Part shown: positions 62,362 to 64,000 of the stretch, piece after piece
Numbering within the stretch: the stretch's first letter is position 1
How the letters are laid out: each line of letters begins with the position of its first letter
NCBI GenBank assembly: GCA_947450645.1
Contig: CANFWH010000008.1
Span: 689-64,688, forward strand
Source: Comamonadaceae bacterium
GTDB lineage: Bacteria > Pseudomonadota > Gammaproteobacteria > Burkholderiales > Burkholderiaceae_C
DNA length: 64,000 nt
Direction: 5' to 3'
Notes under the pieces: model-generated
Told to the model about the DNA's origin: nothing
The model's database searches: none
What the model saw: the letters and a program-made list of their open reading frames with translations, nothing else
Program-made: the position numbers and the translations under genes

Positions 62362-63144
62362 ATGGTTGAAGACACACCAACACCTCGTCACAAGGGCATT
62401 TATGTCCTGCCGAATCTTTTTACGCTAGCGGCGCTATTCGGTGGCTTTTATGCCATCGTCATGGCGATGAACGAACGCTTTGATTTGGCGGCGATTGGTG
62501 TGTTTTGCGCCATGATTTTGGATAGCTTGGATGGCCGCGTCGCGCGGATGACCAATACGCAAAGCGAGTTCGGTGCGCAAATGGACTCGCTGGCGGATAT
62601 GGTGTCGTTTGGCGCTGCGCCAGCCCTCATTGCTTACGTGTGGGCGCTCAAAGGTCTTGGACGTTGGGGTTGGGTGGCGGCCTTTGTCTACTGTGCTTGC
62701 GCAGCCCTGCGTTTGGCTAGATTCAACGTCAATACGGCTGTGGTCGATAAGCGTTTCTTCCAAGGTTTGCCATCGCCTGCGGCGGCAGCTTTGGTGATGG
62801 GCTTTATGTGGATCATGCAAGATATGGGCTTTACTGGTAAAGATGTCTCGTGGCTCATGTTTGTGGTGGCGCTTTATGCTGGACTGACCATGGTGACTAA
62901 CGTGCCGTTTTACAGCTTCAAAGACATGCACTTCAAAAAGACTGTGCCTTTTGTCGTGCTGGTGGCGATTGCTTTGGCGATTGCGGTAATTGGACTTTAT
63001 CCACCGCTCGTGTTGTTTATTATTTTTATGCTCTATGGCTTTAGTGGCTATGCGATCGTGATTTATAAGCGTATGAAGGGCCAGCCCGTCAGCGTGATTA
63101 GTACTTCGATTGATGAGCCAGAAGAAAAAGGTTTGCATCAATAG
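62362..63144 (+). CDS. pssA: CDP-diacylglycerol--serine O-phosphatidyltransferase
   Basis: 260 aa polytopic protein with the CDP-alcohol phosphatidyltransferase motif DSLDGRVAR...SEFGAQMDSLAD. Confidence 0.9.
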   Translation: MVEDTPTPRHKGIYVLPNLFTLAALFGGFYAIVMAMNERFDLAAIGVFCAMILDSLDGRVARMTNTQSEFGAQMDSLADMVSFGAAPALIAYVWALKGLGRWGWVAAFVYCACAALRLARFNVNTAVVDKRFFQGLPSPAAAALVMGFMWIMQDMGFTGKDVSWLMFVVALYAGLTMVTNVPFYSFKDMHFKKTVPFVVLVAIALAIAVIGLYPPLVLFIIFMLYGFSGYAIVIYKRMKGQPVSVISTSIDEPEEKGLHQ

Positions 63145-63182
63145 TTTTGTGTCCCTAAAAAAGCTGTGCTATATTCCAACCC

Positions 63183-63257
63183 ATGCATTCAACTTTAATT
63201 TCTTCGTTGCTACTACTGCTACCCCAACAACGGGCGGCCGTTTTTGCGCATCTATAA
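63183..63257 (+). CDS. Leucine-rich leader peptide of the leuA attenuator (24 aa: MHSTLISSLLLLLPQQRAAVFAHL)
   Basis: A short ORF read by hand and absent from the ORF track. It has five consecutive Leu codons (TTG CTA CTA CTG CTA, 63207-63221). It lies between a sigma70-like promoter (TTGTGT-17 nt-TATATT, 63147-63175) and a terminator hairpin just before leuA. Confidence 0.65.
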   Translation: MHSTLISSLLLLLPQQRAAVFAHL

Positions 63258-63279
63258 AAGAAGCAAAACCAAACACCGA

Positions 63280-63307
63280 CCCGTTGCTAACACCAGCGGG
63301 TTTTTTT
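63280..63307 (+). terminator. Attenuator (Rho-independent terminator) upstream of leuA
   Basis: Stem CCCGTTG / CAGCGGG (7 bp including one G-U), a 7-nt loop, then TTTTTTT (63301-63307). It lies 28 nt before the leuA ATG. CAACGGG at 63228-63234 is the exact complement of the 5' arm and is a candidate antiterminator strand. Confidence 0.7.
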
Positions 63308-63334
63308 ATGTCCAAATTTTTCTAGGAGTTTTTT

Positions 63335-64000
63335 ATGTCAGACCAACTCATCATTTTTGACACTACCTTGCGCGATGGCGAGCAAAGCCCTGGCGCGTCC
63401 ATGACGCGTGACGAAAAGCTCCGTATTGCTAGGCAACTTGAGCGCCTCAAAGTCGATGTGATCGAAGCTGGCTTTGCGGCCTCCAGCAATGGCGACTTCG
63501 AATGCGTAAAAGCCATCTCGGAGGTCATCAAAGACTCCATCATTTGCTCTCTTGCCCGTGCTAACGACCGCGACATTTCTCGCGCTGCCGAAGCCTTAAA
63601 GCCCGCAGCCCGTGGGCGTTTGCACTTGTTCCTCGCCACTAGTCCCTTGCATATGGAGATGAAGCTTCGCATGACGCCTGACCAAGTGTTCGAGCAAGCC
63701 AAGCAATCCACACGCTTCGCCCGCAACTTGATGGAAGACATCGAGTTTTCGCCCGAAGACGGTTACCGCAGCGATCCCGATTTTTTATGCCGTGTGTTGG
63801 AAGCCGTGATTGCCGAGGGTGCCACAACCATCAACGTGCCAGACACCGTGGGCTATGCCATTCCAGAGCTTTACGGCAACTTCATCAAAGACCTTCGCAC
63901 CCGCATTCCCAACTCCGACAAAGCCGTCTGGAGCGTCCATTGCCACAACGACCTTGGCTTGGCGGTAGCCAACAGTTTGGCGGGTGTGAAGATTGGCGGC
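63335..64000 (+). CDS. leuA: 2-isopropylmalate synthase (5' part, continues beyond window)
   Basis: An AGGAG RBS at 63324-63328 precedes the ATG at 63335. The ORF reads [47 protein letters not shown]... and is open to the window end. It is not in the ORF track because it has no stop in the window. Confidence 0.95.
   Translation, partial: MSDQLIIFDTTLRDGEQSPGASMTRDEKLRIARQLERLKVDVIEAGFAASSNGDFECVKAISEVIKDSIICSLARANDRDISRAAEALKPAARGRLHLFLATSPLHMEMKLRMTPDQVFEQAKQSTRFARNLMEDIEFSPEDGYRSDPDFLCRVLEAVIAEGATTINVPDTVGYAIPELYGNFIKDLRTRIPNSDKAVWSVHCHNDLGLAVANSLAGVKIGG

Noticed and set aside
62434-63141. 235-aa minus-strand ORF
   Set aside because: It is antisense to pssA, whose CDP-alcohol phosphatidyltransferase motif is clear. 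The translation is His/Arg-rich and implausible.
63110-63325. 71-aa plus-strand ORF spanning the pssA-leuA spacer
   Set aside because: It starts inside pssA and runs through the promoter, leader and terminator in a different frame. The 24-aa Leu-run leader plus terminator explains the region better.

Overview
This is a gene-dense, mostly housekeeping chromosomal segment of a betaproteobacterium. It looks like Burkholderiales, possibly Comamonadaceae-like, with roughly mid-50s % GC by eye. That placement is inferred from a Bug/TctC gene, the ECF-sigma/DUF3619/DUF3106/RDD cluster, and the gene orders aminotransferase-hom-thrC-moeA-moaDE and ilvIHC-pssA-leuA.

Gene order:
- 1-5.9 kb: GT2 fragment, tolB-pal-cpoB, YeeE/YedE, tcdA, tRNA-Lys(UUU), PBP7-like endopeptidase.
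- 5.9-8.0 kb (minus strand): IclR regulator, aat, GntR regulator.
- 8.1-16.0 kb: a complete B12-dependent propionyl-CoA to succinyl-CoA operon (mutase, an inserted AT-rich methyltransferase, meaB, pccB, pccA, epimerase).
- 16.0-23.2 kb: DUF498, aminotransferase, hom, an alpha/beta hydrolase, thrC, moeA-moaD-moaE.
- 23.2-30.2 kb: DUF1345, a predicted beta-barrel protein, a B12-binding radical SAM protein, rnhA, an orphan ORF, a Bug protein, a DinG-like helicase.
- 30.2-42.5 kb: bamD, rluD, scpB, rluB, ndk, rlmN, rodZ-like, ispG, hisS, yfgM, bamB, der.
- 42.5-49.5 kb: cobalamin riboswitch with btuB-like receptor and cobQ, nth, an aminotransferase, two tandem paralogous secreted proteins.
- 49.5-53.3 kb: SRP RNA, dnaX-ybaB-recR, MAPEG, yfcG-like GST.
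- 53.4-64.0 kb: glnD, map, RDD-DUF3106-DUF3619-ECF sigma, ilvI-ilvH-ilvC, pssA, a leucine leader/attenuator, and the start of leuA.

I saw no CRISPR array, transposase, integrase, prophage or recognisable defence island.

The observations most worth follow-up are:
- an E. coli-type A AAA AAG -1 frameshift site in dnaX;
- a 24-aa Leu-run leader peptide with a terminator upstream of leuA;
- an AT-rich methyltransferase gene inserted seamlessly between the mutase gene and meaB;
- a tandem pair of secreted-protein genes that share both a core domain and a 35-nt upstream block;
- several tightly coupled clusters of unknown function (DUF1345 plus beta-barrel protein; ECF sigma/DUF3619/DUF3106/RDD).

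All calls come from reading the sequence and the ORF translations. No database search was run.
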